Below are positions 26,264 through 35,701 of a stretch of DNA of 44,602 nt, piece after piece. Below the pieces are notes generated by a model, which did no database searches, was not told the DNA's origin, and worked only from the letters and a program-made list of their open reading frames with translations. This DNA comes from Sedimentisphaerales bacterium (lineage in GTDB: Bacteria > Planctomycetota > Phycisphaerae > Sedimentisphaerales > UBA12454): positions 1-44,602 of the forward strand of contig JBAVNP010000113.1 in assembly GCA_049691175.1 (NCBI GenBank), read 5' to 3'. The number at the start of each line of letters is the position of its first letter. Positions within the stretch are counted from its first letter, which is position 1. The translations under genes and the position numbers were made by a program.

Positions 26264-27112
26264 ATGAAACGTATATTTGTTTTTTTATTGGTCTTAGCCG
26301 TTGCGGGTATTTCGCAGGCAGCACCGGTTAACATTCCTGATCCGAATTTAAAGGCGGCAATCGAGGCAAAGCTCGGCATACCAAACCCAGATGCCAATCA
26401 AATGCTGCTACTTACACACTTAGATGCAAATTCTCTGGGCATTTCCGACCTGACAGGACTTGAGTGGGCGACAAATCTAAGAAGCCTGCGTTTGAACTTG
26501 AACCTGATTTCGGATGTGACTGTACTGTCGGGATTAACGAATCTGTGGTATTTGAATCTGATAGACAACAATGTCACCGATATAAGCCCTCTTCAACCGT
26601 TGACAAAGCTTATATATCTTTATCTGGACCGAAACGATGACATTTCCGACATCAATGCCGTGAAAGATATGAACAGTCTGGCAGAGCTTGGGCTCATTGA
26701 TGTCAACCTGGTCGATATTACCCCGCTGGCCGATGTGAATCAGCTAAAGTATTTATGGCTTGGAACTAATCAAATACAGGACATCAATGTCTTAAGAGGT
26801 TTTTACAGTTTGATAAGGCTTAATCTCGGTACCAACAATCCATTGAGTTTTATATCGAGGTGCGACTATCTTCACCAGATTGCAGCCAACAATAGCGGCA
26901 ATCCCGGCTTCTCTGTAAACCCCGTCGTCAGCGGTGATATTAGTGCCAACTCAACAGATTATAATGACCTGCAGATTTTTGCCGACCAGTGGCTTAAGAG
27001 CGGCTGTAATACATACAATGGGTATTGTAAATGTTGCGATTCGACCGAGTCTGGCACAGTAAATTTCGATGATTTTGTTGATTTCGCCGATGTGTGGATG
27101 GAACAGCTTTAA
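26264..27112 (+). CDS. secreted leucine-rich-repeat protein with a dockerin-like C-terminal module
   Basis: AAGGAGG RBS and signal peptide MKRIFVFLLVLAVAGISQA. It has about 7 LRRs of 22 aa (LxxLxLxxNxIxDIxxL) and the C-terminal segments GDISANSTDYNDLQIFADQWL and ESGTVNFDDFVDFADVWM. Confidence 0.82.
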   Translation: MKRIFVFLLVLAVAGISQAAPVNIPDPNLKAAIEAKLGIPNPDANQMLLLTHLDANSLGISDLTGLEWATNLRSLRLNLNLISDVTVLSGLTNLWYLNLIDNNVTDISPLQPLTKLIYLYLDRNDDISDINAVKDMNSLAELGLIDVNLVDITPLADVNQLKYLWLGTNQIQDINVLRGFYSLIRLNLGTNNPLSFISRCDYLHQIAANNSGNPGFSVNPVVSGDISANSTDYNDLQIFADQWLKSGCNTYNGYCKCCDSTESGTVNFDDFVDFADVWMEQL

Positions 27113-27130
27113 AAGGTATTTATGATATTT

Positions 27131-27162
27131 AAAAAGGCCGCTGCAACAAGCGGCCTTTTTTT
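27131..27162 (+). terminator. intrinsic terminator after the LRR gene
   Basis: GGCCGC, 8-nt loop, GCGGCC, then T7, preceded by A5. Confidence 0.85.
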
Positions 27163-27174
27163 ATGCGCATAAAA

Positions 27175-27206
27175 AAGGAAGGTTCTTGCAAACCTTCCTT
27201 TTATTC
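27175..27206 (-). terminator. intrinsic terminator ending the EPS operon
   Basis: Minus strand: AAGGAAGGTT, loop TGCAAG, AACCTTCCTT, then TTTTTAT, about 60 nt after the GT2 stop codon. Confidence 0.75.
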
Positions 27207-27264
27207 ATAGTCCGCTGCCGGCGGAACTTCGTCAAAAGCCGGCAAAGCCGCGGACATCAGGGAT

Positions 27265-28104
27265 CTATATACCTAATTTAATTCTTGCCCGACGTATAAT
27301 ACCCTGCGGTAGCAGAGTGGCGGCAGAACGGATTATTACATTTCGCAGAAACTGCCACTTATTTATAAAACCGATTTTCAGAAATTCTCTTTGCAGCTTT
27401 ATCTGTAGAGATGCTCTTTTAAATCCGCTTCGTCTTTTCAGAAGTCCTTTTTCCCATCGGTGATAATAAAGAACCTCTCCGATAGTTGCCATTTTGCTGC
27501 CGTTTAAAAGCATTTTTGCCCAAAGGAGGTAATCCTCAAGACCAGCGAAGGGGGTATAATTCCCCGCCTTCAGAACAGCTTCTTTTCTGAACATTGCCGC
27601 GGGATGATTCATACAAAATCTGAACCGGAATTGCTTTTCTATCTGTTCGTGCAGGAGGGGGCCACGCCGGACGAACAGCAGCTTTTTGACATTTTTGTCA
27701 AAGGCCGCGGCAAAACAGCTCACCACGTCAATATCAGGATTGTTTTTCAAAAATTTTAATTGTTTCTCAAATCTGTCCGGGCTGCTTATATCATCGGCAT
27801 CCATTCTGGCGACAATATCGAATTCGCAATTCTTAATTCCCTCAGCAAGAGCGACGCCAAGCCCTTTATTTCCCGTAAGATTTACAATTTTTAAAATATT
27901 ACCTGTTTTTTGTTTATATTCGCCGATTAGGTTCTCAAGTTCTGCGCTTACGGGACCATCCTTGACAAGCACAATCTCGTCAGGTTTCACAGTCTGGTTA
28001 AGAATACTGTCGATCGCCGTTTTGAAATAATCAGGCTTATCTTTTTCATAAACGCTCATAAGAACGGAAATTTTAGGCAGGATTTTATCGTCAAGCGAAT
28101 TCAT
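27265..28104 (-). CDS. family 2 glycosyltransferase
   Basis: N-terminal PKISVLMSVYEKDKP and the DxD motif (ARMDADDIS) are typical of the GT-A fold in GT2. Confidence 0.88.
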   Translation of the reverse strand: MNSLDDKILPKISVLMSVYEKDKPDYFKTAIDSILNQTVKPDEIVLVKDGPVSAELENLIGEYKQKTGNILKIVNLTGNKGLGVALAEGIKNCEFDIVARMDADDISSPDRFEKQLKFLKNNPDIDVVSCFAAAFDKNVKKLLFVRRGPLLHEQIEKQFRFRFCMNHPAAMFRKEAVLKAGNYTPFAGLEDYLLWAKMLLNGSKMATIGEVLYYHRWEKGLLKRRSGFKRASLQIKLQREFLKIGFINKWQFLRNVIIRSAATLLPQGIIRRARIKLGI

Positions 28105-28109
28105 ATCTT

Positions 28110-29252
28110 TTATAAAACTCCGACTTTCCTGTAAACTTCGATAAGGTTATCGACCATTTTCTCGCTAGTGAACTCATTTTTCCATTTTTCAAAACCGGCC
28201 GTTCGCATCTGTTCAAAATCCCCGGCCTTGTGCGTAAAAACATATTGCAGACAATCGGCGAAACCTTTGGGGTCTTTGGGTCTGCAGAGAAAACCTGTTT
28301 TTTTATCATCGACAATTTCACTGACGCCGCCGGTGTTGCTTACGATAACTAATTTTCTGAGACTCATAGCTTCGAGTATGCAGTTCGGCACACCTTCGCT
28401 ATCGGATGGCAGAACAACCACCGGTATTCCAACAAGAGCGCTAAAAACATCTTTAGTATAGCCGTAAAATTCGACCTGTTCGGAAACGCCAAGTTCTTTT
28501 GCGAGTTTTTTTATTGCTGATGTATTATCCTGTTTTGTGCTGCCGCCAATAAGTCTGGCCGTAATCATTATGTTTTCCTTTTTCAATATGGCGAGCGCCT
28601 TTATAAGACAGTCCTGCCCTTTGCCCTGCATAAAATTTGCTATCATTGCAATTTTTGTCGGCAGAGATTCATTCGGTTTATCGCAGGGTTCATCCGGCGG
28701 GCCGATTGAATCTCTGCCGTTGATTACAACCTCAATTTTTGAAGGGTCAACGCCGGAGTGATTGACAATTTCATCTCTGAGGTATCTGCCGTTTACAATG
28801 TAGAGATCGACATATCTTGATGTCGTCCTGTCGAGCAGATAATAAAGAAATTTTGCTGCTTTGCTGTTTCTTGAGCAGCTGATGTATGTCTGTGCACGCA
28901 GTATATGGCGGATATCGGGTCTTTTTTTTCGGACGGCTTTGCCTATTAGGCTTTCGCGGAAAAGATGAGTCTGGATGAACGCAACGTCTCGCCCTTTCAG
29001 AGCCTGTGCAATTTTTTTTGCTGCTGAAAGTATTTTTGCTGCTGAAAGTATTTTTGCCCTGCTCATCGGGACAGACAGCACCTCAAAGCCGCGGGCGGCA
29101 AAAATCTGTGCAAAAGCTGACCGGATATCCGATGTTATCAGGACAGGCTTGAAGCATCCTCGGGAAAACAACTTCTCCGCAAGCCTTACAATCTGCCATT
29201 CGACACCACCCATATTCTCCGTACTTTGTCTTATAAAAATTATCTCTTTCAT
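28110..29252 (-). CDS. family 4 (GT-B, GT1-type domain) glycosyltransferase
   Basis: The C-terminal E-x7-E region is LPSDSEGVPNCILEAMS. 380 aa. It contains an in-frame 18-bp tandem duplication. Confidence 0.88.
   Translation of the reverse strand: MKEIIFIRQSTENMGGVEWQIVRLAEKLFSRGCFKPVLITSDIRSAFAQIFAARGFEVLSVPMSRAKILSAAKILSAAKKIAQALKGRDVAFIQTHLFRESLIGKAVRKKRPDIRHILRAQTYISCSRNSKAAKFLYYLLDRTTSRYVDLYIVNGRYLRDEIVNHSGVDPSKIEVVINGRDSIGPPDEPCDKPNESLPTKIAMIANFMQGKGQDCLIKALAILKKENIMITARLIGGSTKQDNTSAIKKLAKELGVSEQVEFYGYTKDVFSALVGIPVVVLPSDSEGVPNCILEAMSLRKLVIVSNTGGVSEIVDDKKTGFLCRPKDPKGFADCLQYVFTHKAGDFEQMRTAGFEKWKNEFTSEKMVDNLIEVYRKVGVL
29015..29050. repeat. perfect 18-bp tandem duplication inside the GT4 gene
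   Basis: TTTTTGCTGCTGAAAGTA x2, plus a partial third copy (TTTTTGC). In the protein it encodes AKILSA-AKILSA. Confidence 0.9.
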
Positions 29253-29268
29253 CCGTTCTTAAAATCTC

Positions 29269-30762
29269 TTATGTAAAAATAAATAACCGACAGTATAAAT
29301 ATGCATATATGACAAACACTGCATACACGGCTATGATGATTCCGTTCTTCCAGCTTCTTGGCAAGGCCACAAAATCTTCTATTCCTGCGCCTATAATGAT
29401 GAAAGCTATAGGGGCAAGCGAATCTCTGTATCTTAAAACGTTCGCCTCGAGTCCCCCGAGCAGCAAAGCTGAAGTGCTCATTGCGACTATGTAAGGCAGC
29501 AAAAAAGCTAGAAATTCTCTTCGTTTGGTAATTATTACAATTACTCCTACTATCAAAAACGGCAAAGGCAGCCACCACTGACAGATATTGGCCAGCAGCA
29601 TGACTTCATAGAGTTTATTTTCCTCGGTATAAATATGATGCAGGTTTTTGGGCGGCGGATTTAGCAGAGAAAGCGGTATATTAAGCAGTCTAAGCGGTCC
29701 GTGTGATTGATATATTTTATCTATTATCGCAACTTTCTCCGGCACACCTCTTTGTCCCCGTTCTCTAAGTGTGTATTTATCAAACATATCTTCAGCCTTG
29801 TTTGTCAGTTGTTCAAACTGATAAAAAAAGATTATCACGCCAAGAAAAATCAGTGATAGAACAGCGACAGTTTTTCCGGCGGGACTACTTTTATGTCTGA
29901 AACAAATGGCGATTAGAATGGCGGCAATGGACATCAGGCCGTATTCAAGCCGCAGCCATATAAAAATCGGGCCTGCTACTGCAATTGGCAATATCGCCGT
30001 GAACAGCTTTTTGTTTCGAATTATTGCGGCAAAGCTAAAAACCATTAGGCTTACTGCAAAAATTATCCATATTTCCTTGAGAAATTCTACCGAATAAAAT
30101 GCTGTCTGCGGAGCTATAACGCAAAGCAGCGAAACAATTGCCGAAGTATCCTTACTGAAAAGCTCCTCGGCCGCCAGACATACAAACGCAGCACCAAACG
30201 CGCCCAAAAATGCTCCGATAATTCTGGGCCATACAAATTCGTCTCCAAAAAACCTGAATATTCTCGACATCAGAAAACCCGCCCTGTGTGCATTTTTCAT
30301 AAGCTCCGGCGAATTTATAAATTCGCCGATTGTCATATCGCTGTATCTTTGTCCCTGATAGACATAGAAAAATTCGTCCGCCTGAAAGAGCATCGTGTTA
30401 TAATGTCTTATCCATGGAAAGTCTCTTGTTCTGATATCATCAGTCATATATGGCGTCGAATTTTCGAGCGCAAAAACAAGACTCAGCCTCAAAAGCAGGG
30501 CTGTCGCAAATGTAAACGCAGCCAATTGCGAACCTTTTAGCCTGAAGAAAAGGAACCCCGCGACTGCTGTTGCGCAGAATATGATAATGTTAAGAACCAC
30601 ATCGGTAGTGTCGCTTAGTTTAGTTACAAACAGGGGCAGGATTGCGAGCAGGGCAATCGCAGCTAATATTACAAAAATCTGATATTGTGCCGCACTGTTC
30701 CAGAAAGCCGCTATTGCCTTAAAAAATCTGCTTATGATATTGTCATTATGGTTTTTCAGCAT
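29269..30762 (-). CDS. polytopic membrane protein in the EPS locus (GT-C-like glycosyltransferase or polymerase; function uncertain)
   Basis: 497 aa with roughly 12 hydrophobic helices. It overlaps the upstream flippase gene by 7 nt. I recognised no diagnostic motif. Confidence 0.5.
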   Translation of the reverse strand: MLKNHNDNIISRFFKAIAAFWNSAAQYQIFVILAAIALLAILPLFVTKLSDTTDVVLNIIIFCATAVAGFLFFRLKGSQLAAFTFATALLLRLSLVFALENSTPYMTDDIRTRDFPWIRHYNTMLFQADEFFYVYQGQRYSDMTIGEFINSPELMKNAHRAGFLMSRIFRFFGDEFVWPRIIGAFLGAFGAAFVCLAAEELFSKDTSAIVSLLCVIAPQTAFYSVEFLKEIWIIFAVSLMVFSFAAIIRNKKLFTAILPIAVAGPIFIWLRLEYGLMSIAAILIAICFRHKSSPAGKTVAVLSLIFLGVIIFFYQFEQLTNKAEDMFDKYTLRERGQRGVPEKVAIIDKIYQSHGPLRLLNIPLSLLNPPPKNLHHIYTEENKLYEVMLLANICQWWLPLPFLIVGVIVIITKRREFLAFLLPYIVAMSTSALLLGGLEANVLRYRDSLAPIAFIIIGAGIEDFVALPRSWKNGIIIAVYAVFVIYAYLYCRLFIFT

Positions 30763-32069
30763 AACTTCGCCTTTGAAATGTATTTAACGAAAAACAGCAG
30801 CATAAACAGCGAATAAACTGCAAAATACATAACTTGTGCGACAGCCGCTCCGACAAGTCCGACGTTGGCGAGCAACAAATATAATGCCGGCAGAAAGACT
30901 GCAAATGCTGTTATCTCAACCAGCAGGATTTCCCCTGCCTTGCCCATCGCCAGCAATCCGGCAGATAAACAGGAACTAAATCCCCACATAACAAGGGCAA
31001 ACATAAAAATAATCATAACCCTCCAGGCGCCTATGAATTCTTCTCCTGCCGCGATACTCAAAATCCATTTGCCGAAAATTATTGAGACAAGCCATATGAA
31101 CATAGCTATGCTGCCGGTGATGATTGCTGTTCTTGTGGCGACACGTTTCATATCTGAGAATCGTTTTTCAGCCGCCAGGTGAGCCAGTTCAGGATAGACT
31201 GCTTGTGATACCGGCTCGATTAGATGCACCAGAACCCCGGCAAACTGTCTTGCTATTTTGTATATGCCGGTCAATGCCGGCCCCAGAACCGCTCCCGTAA
31301 TCAGGACATCACATTCTCTCGAAGCCTGTCGGACAGACAGGTTCAAATTGGTGCTCAATACGAATTTCCAGATGGTTTTATCTTTTGCGATGGGACTCAA
31401 TTTTGCCTTCAGGAAGTTATCGCCTGTTTCCCTATAAACTTGTCGCCATCCCGCGAATAGCAAAAAGGCGGATTCCACAATACCGGCAACTACCCAGATA
31501 ATTACGAATACAAGCAGGCTGCTGGAAAACTTATACGCAATCGCTGCGAGAATCAGTTTTAAAAATTCAGCGGTTATCATCGCCGCGGAAATAAGCCTGA
31601 ACTTATTAAACAGCCGCAACAGACCAGTGGCAGTGTTCCTTAAATTAAAAAGTATCCAGCAACTGTAAGCGATGGCCGCATAGACCGTCTGTTCCTGCCA
31701 GCCTTTCCATTGGCCGAGTATATAAATAATGACTATTGCTATAAAAGCCCCCGCGGCAGCAGTCGCAGCATCGAGAATCGTGCAAAATTTGGCAAGTGCT
31801 TTAAAATCTTCTTTTCTGTCCTGCTTGAGAAAATCAGCGCCGAATTTTATAACTGCCTGCCAGCACTGGAAGTTCATAAGTCTGTCAATGATGAATACGT
31901 ATGACTGAATAATCGCAAAGACCCCCAGCTTTTCAGCGCCTAACGTTCTGGCGGCAAGAGACAGGCTGATTAGTCTCATCAGCCCGGTAATAACATTGCC
32001 GCTGAAAAGCACTGAAGCGTTTTTGAACATCCTTTTCAAAATAATGTCATTAAATATGGTTTTTAACAT
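30756..32069 (-). CDS. wzx: Wzx-type oligosaccharide flippase (MOP superfamily polysaccharide biosynthesis protein)
   Basis: 437 aa with about 12 TM helices and the N-terminal pattern NASVLFSGNVITGLMRLISLSLAARTLGAEKLGVFA, typical of polysaccharide biosynthesis (Wzx) proteins. The locus context supports the call. Confidence 0.75.
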   Translation of the reverse strand: MLKTIFNDIILKRMFKNASVLFSGNVITGLMRLISLSLAARTLGAEKLGVFAIIQSYVFIIDRLMNFQCWQAVIKFGADFLKQDRKEDFKALAKFCTILDAATAAAGAFIAIVIIYILGQWKGWQEQTVYAAIAYSCWILFNLRNTATGLLRLFNKFRLISAAMITAEFLKLILAAIAYKFSSSLLVFVIIWVVAGIVESAFLLFAGWRQVYRETGDNFLKAKLSPIAKDKTIWKFVLSTNLNLSVRQASRECDVLITGAVLGPALTGIYKIARQFAGVLVHLIEPVSQAVYPELAHLAAEKRFSDMKRVATRTAIITGSIAMFIWLVSIIFGKWILSIAAGEEFIGAWRVMIIFMFALVMWGFSSCLSAGLLAMGKAGEILLVEITAFAVFLPALYLLLANVGLVGAAVAQVMYFAVYSLFMLLFFVKYISKAKLC

Positions 32070-32081
32070 AGCAAAAAGTTC

Positions 32082-33158
32082 TCAGCGATATTTTCTCCGC
32101 AGCGCACGCATAATCTGCCTGACGCCAACGGCGCCGATAACGTGAAAAATCAGAATAATCAGCACAAGTATTGAAACAAACATTATAATGCTTCTCACAC
32201 TTCTGGTCGCCATAAGGAAAACGCCTGCGCCGGTCGCAAGCAGCGTAACTATATAAGCAAGGACCGCTACGTGCCTTTGTTTCAATCCAAGCCTTAAAAG
32301 CCTATGATGAAAATGCTCCGTATCGGGCATATATACCGGTTTTTTGTCGCCGAACCTGTTGAGCATAATAAACAGCGTGTCAAATATCGGTATTCCCATC
32401 GCCAGCAGCGGAAGCGCAAAACCTACAAGCGCCTGTGATTTTGCGGTGCACATAACGGTAGCAGAAGCAATGGTAAACCCGAGAAACAGGCTGCCGCAGT
32501 CTCCCATAAATATTTTCGCGGGATTAAAATTAAAAAACAAAAATCCTGTAAGTCCGCCCGCCAGCGCGAGCATCATTACGCACAATACCGTCTGCCCGAA
32601 ATAAATTGCCAGTGCCGCGATTGTTCCGCACGCTATTGCGCAAATACCGGCCGCAAGGCCGTCCAGCCCGTCAATAAAATTGACCGCATTCGTAACGCCT
32701 ACAATCCACAGAATCGTGAAAGGCCAGGAAAATACACCAAAGTCCAGACTGAACAAATCGGGTACGTTTATCACCTTTATTCTTATTCCGAATGCACAAA
32801 CCAGAATTGCCGCTGCTGTTTGCGTCAGCAGCTTTATCCACGTTTTGACAGGCTTTATGTCGTCAACCAAACCTGTTACAAAAACCAGCGTTGCTCCGCC
32901 GAGCAGCGCCAAAACTTTTGTGCCGAGCTGGCGAAAATTCTCGCCGATTCTATTTGGCAGCAGATACACCGCAGCGATCATACACATCATCGAAATGAAA
33001 ATAGCCAGTCCGCCGATTCTCGCTATCCTGCCGGAGTGCACCTTTCTCGGCCCTGTGCGGTCGAACAGCTCATATCGCACCGCTATCGCAATTATCGCCG
33101 GCGTCAGTATCAGCGACATAACAAGCGAGCCAAGATATGTAAGAATATAAGTCTTCAT
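32082..33158 (-). CDS. MraY/WecA-family polyprenyl-phosphate sugar-1-phosphate transferase (initiating enzyme)
   Basis: Contains the NAVNFIDGLDGLAAG motif plus MGDCGSLFLGF. 358 aa with about 10-11 TM helices. It overlaps the upstream gene by 4 nt. Confidence 0.88.
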   Translation of the reverse strand: MKTYILTYLGSLVMSLILTPAIIAIAVRYELFDRTGPRKVHSGRIARIGGLAIFISMMCMIAAVYLLPNRIGENFRQLGTKVLALLGGATLVFVTGLVDDIKPVKTWIKLLTQTAAAILVCAFGIRIKVINVPDLFSLDFGVFSWPFTILWIVGVTNAVNFIDGLDGLAAGICAIACGTIAALAIYFGQTVLCVMMLALAGGLTGFLFFNFNPAKIFMGDCGSLFLGFTIASATVMCTAKSQALVGFALPLLAMGIPIFDTLFIMLNRFGDKKPVYMPDTEHFHHRLLRLGLKQRHVAVLAYIVTLLATGAGVFLMATRSVRSIIMFVSILVLIILIFHVIGAVGVRQIMRALRRKYR

Positions 33159-35701
33159 TTTATGGTGAGCTCCGTCGAACCATTCTGCTCTATCCCGCTA
33201 ATATTCTGTTTCATCACTTCCGGTTTTATCGAAAGTTCCGCCAGCAGTTTTTCAGCCTGCCGATACTTCGGCTTGAGTTTGAGGCATATTCTCAGTTGTT
33301 TGACGGCCTCGTTTGCCTGTCCGCTTTCGGCCAGAGCCTGCGCAAATTTCAGCCTCAAATCAGCGTTGCCATAGTCCGCCGCAACTGCCGCACCGAGATA
33401 TTCCGCCGCCTTTTGACTATTGTTGTTTTTGCGATAGTAATCGCCGAGCAGAACAAGTTCATCAGCATCAGCGGTGTTGCTTAATGCTTTTTTCTCTGCC
33501 AGCGCGACCAGTTTTGATTGTGCCTGTTCAACCTCGGCGGCAAAATCATCATTCTGCGACAGCATATCAGCAACATATCTTAATCTCCTTGTGTTGTCTG
33601 CAGCAATTTCAACGGCAAGGTCCGCTCGTTTTTCCTGCTCGATATAAATCCGGACAATATCCCTGAAAAATGTTCCGCCCAGACCAACGGATTTGCTGAA
33701 CTTCTCAACAGAGCGTTCAATTTCGCCTGCGCTTATATCCAGACATCCGGCGGCAAAAAGCGTTATTTCGTCGTTGGGTTCAAGCATAAATCCTTTCTTT
33801 ATATTGTCCTCGCCCGCAGGTTCAAGCAGCACAAATTTCTGCAGCTGCCCCAGCAGACAATACACCGGCCCGAATGTCGGACATACAGCTCGTGCCTTTT
33901 TAAGCTCATCCACGATGCCGTAAACTTCCTCGATGGCTTTATTTGTCAGTCCGCCTGTTTCCGAATCCGTCTTGCCGGCTGCGTTCTGCCATTTCCAGAC
34001 ACCCAGCCAATATCTGTATTCAATATTATCCGGCTGTGCCTGCACGGCCTTGGCCGCATAAGAAATCAGTTTCTCAAAATCCCTGTTGTCATTGATTTCG
34101 TTGTTGGTTTTTGATTTATTTTCTATTTTGTGCGCTTCCCGCCACCATCCCTCGGCAATTCTTGCCTTATCCGCGTCGATTAAGGCCCAGCCGTATAAAC
34201 ACGCAAGAACCGCAGATAATATTAATAATACCGGCTTTCCTATTCGGACCGTGTAATCTGTTTGTTCGCCTTTTGAGCGCCTGCCGAGTATTATTATCAA
34301 TCCACAGAAAATCGCGGAGAGCATCGCATTAGCCGGCAGATGCTGACCGAAGTCGGTAATGCTGTGAATGAGAACCGCCATAAGCCCGAATCCAAGACCG
34401 TACACCGCGATACTGACGGAATCTTCCTTGTTCCGGACGGCCCTGATAAAATTTACCGCCACAATGAAAGCGAAAATAAGCATTATTACAAAACCCGCCA
34501 AGCCGGTTTCTTCCAGAAGCTGAGCGTATTCATTTTCGGCATATCTGAACTGAAGGGCCGTATATATGCTTTGAAACATCGGATATATAACCGCATGGCT
34601 TCCCAATCCCGTGCCGAAAAAGATAAACCGTCTTACAGGCTCGGTCATATCTTTCAGCATTTCCAGTCTTGTCTGGTATCCATCGAGCGAACTAAGTGTT
34701 GCCAGTCTTTCATATACCGTATCGAATCCCGTGTATAAAACACAGACAAGTGCCGCCAATGCGATGATAACGACTATCCAGCCGTGCTGCCTGAGAGACT
34801 TTCGGGCCGATAGAAGCAGAACCGTAACGCTCATCGCGATGAGCATTGACAGCATACCGCCTCTTGTGAGCGACGCAAAAACAGCCGCTGCCGATATGCC
34901 TGCCGCTGCGACCAAAAGCCATAACGCCCTTGCCCGGGAAGAATCGAAATAATCGAATACTGTCGCGACGGTAATTTCTCTTTTATCAAATTCACGGTGC
35001 AGTATCAGCAGCGTAAGCGACAAAATAGCTCCAATGGACATATTCATAAACTGCCCGAAGTGGCTGTGATTGACAAACGGCCCGCTGATAGCTTTTGACG
35101 GAGCAGAAACAAACCAGTAAATTTTCCCGTTCCCGGCGACATTCTGTGCTATCGCCAGCAGGGCCGCCGCCGTTCCGATAATTACGATTGCCTTCAAAAG
35201 TCTTTTAATTTGCTCGGTGGATTTAAAAACATTCAGCACGACAACGAAAATCGCTCCAATGCTAAGAATGATTCTTAAGTTATCTTTTGTCCCGCGGGGA
35301 TAAAAACTGAGCGTAAAATTCTCTTTCTGATTTGCTGCCCCCGTGTTTTCTGAGAGAAGTTCATTTTTGAGTGAAACGGTTTGGGGCGAAAACGCTGAAA
35401 CAACCTTCTGCGGCATTGGAATAATGGTAAATATTGCCAGAAGGATAAACGCCGCTATAGGCACATAAGCCCGCGTGAAAACAAAACCTTCAGCGGAAAA
35501 TATCTGCCTGATGAGAAAAATAAAAAACACAACCGCGAAAATGACAACAACAATCTCCTGGCTCAGGTCATGGACTGCACCGAACGCCAGCGGCATAAAA
35601 GCCAGAAGCGTTATCAGTAGAATCTCGATGACTCTGTCTATGAGCCGTATATATTCTGCCGGCAGACCGGCAGTTTTATTTATTCTTCTTCCCGTAACCA
35701 T
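33155..35701 (-). CDS. O-antigen ligase/Wzy-like polymerase domain fused to a C-terminal TPR domain
   Basis: Polytopic N-terminal half with the Wzy_C-type motif YAENEYAQLLEETGLAGFV, and a C-terminal half of about 350 aa of TPR-like helical repeats. The start is set at the ATG at 35701; the track ORF extends to 35932 but that part overlaps the wzc coding region. Confidence 0.75.
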   Translation of the reverse strand: MVTGRRINKTAGLPAEYIRLIDRVIEILLITLLAFMPLAFGAVHDLSQEIVVVIFAVVFFIFLIRQIFSAEGFVFTRAYVPIAAFILLAIFTIIPMPQKVVSAFSPQTVSLKNELLSENTGAANQKENFTLSFYPRGTKDNLRIILSIGAIFVVVLNVFKSTEQIKRLLKAIVIIGTAAALLAIAQNVAGNGKIYWFVSAPSKAISGPFVNHSHFGQFMNMSIGAILSLTLLILHREFDKREITVATVFDYFDSSRARALWLLVAAAGISAAAVFASLTRGGMLSMLIAMSVTVLLLSARKSLRQHGWIVVIIALAALVCVLYTGFDTVYERLATLSSLDGYQTRLEMLKDMTEPVRRFIFFGTGLGSHAVIYPMFQSIYTALQFRYAENEYAQLLEETGLAGFVIMLIFAFIVAVNFIRAVRNKEDSVSIAVYGLGFGLMAVLIHSITDFGQHLPANAMLSAIFCGLIIILGRRSKGEQTDYTVRIGKPVLLILSAVLACLYGWALIDADKARIAEGWWREAHKIENKSKTNNEINDNRDFEKLISYAAKAVQAQPDNIEYRYWLGVWKWQNAAGKTDSETGGLTNKAIEEVYGIVDELKKARAVCPTFGPVYCLLGQLQKFVLLEPAGEDNIKKGFMLEPNDEITLFAAGCLDISAGEIERSVEKFSKSVGLGGTFFRDIVRIYIEQEKRADLAVEIAADNTRRLRYVADMLSQNDDFAAEVEQAQSKLVALAEKKALSNTADADELVLLGDYYRKNNNSQKAAEYLGAAVAADYGNADLRLKFAQALAESGQANEAVKQLRICLKLKPKYRQAEKLLAELSIKPEVMKQNISGIEQNGSTELTIK

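Noticed and set aside
32680-33374. Plus-strand ORFs 32680..33150 and 32820..33374; likewise 35952..36524 and 38160..38495
   Set aside because: All are antisense to well-supported EPS genes (the WecA motif NAVNFIDGLDGLA, the Wzc P-loop, Wza SLBB units). They have no start context and biased composition.
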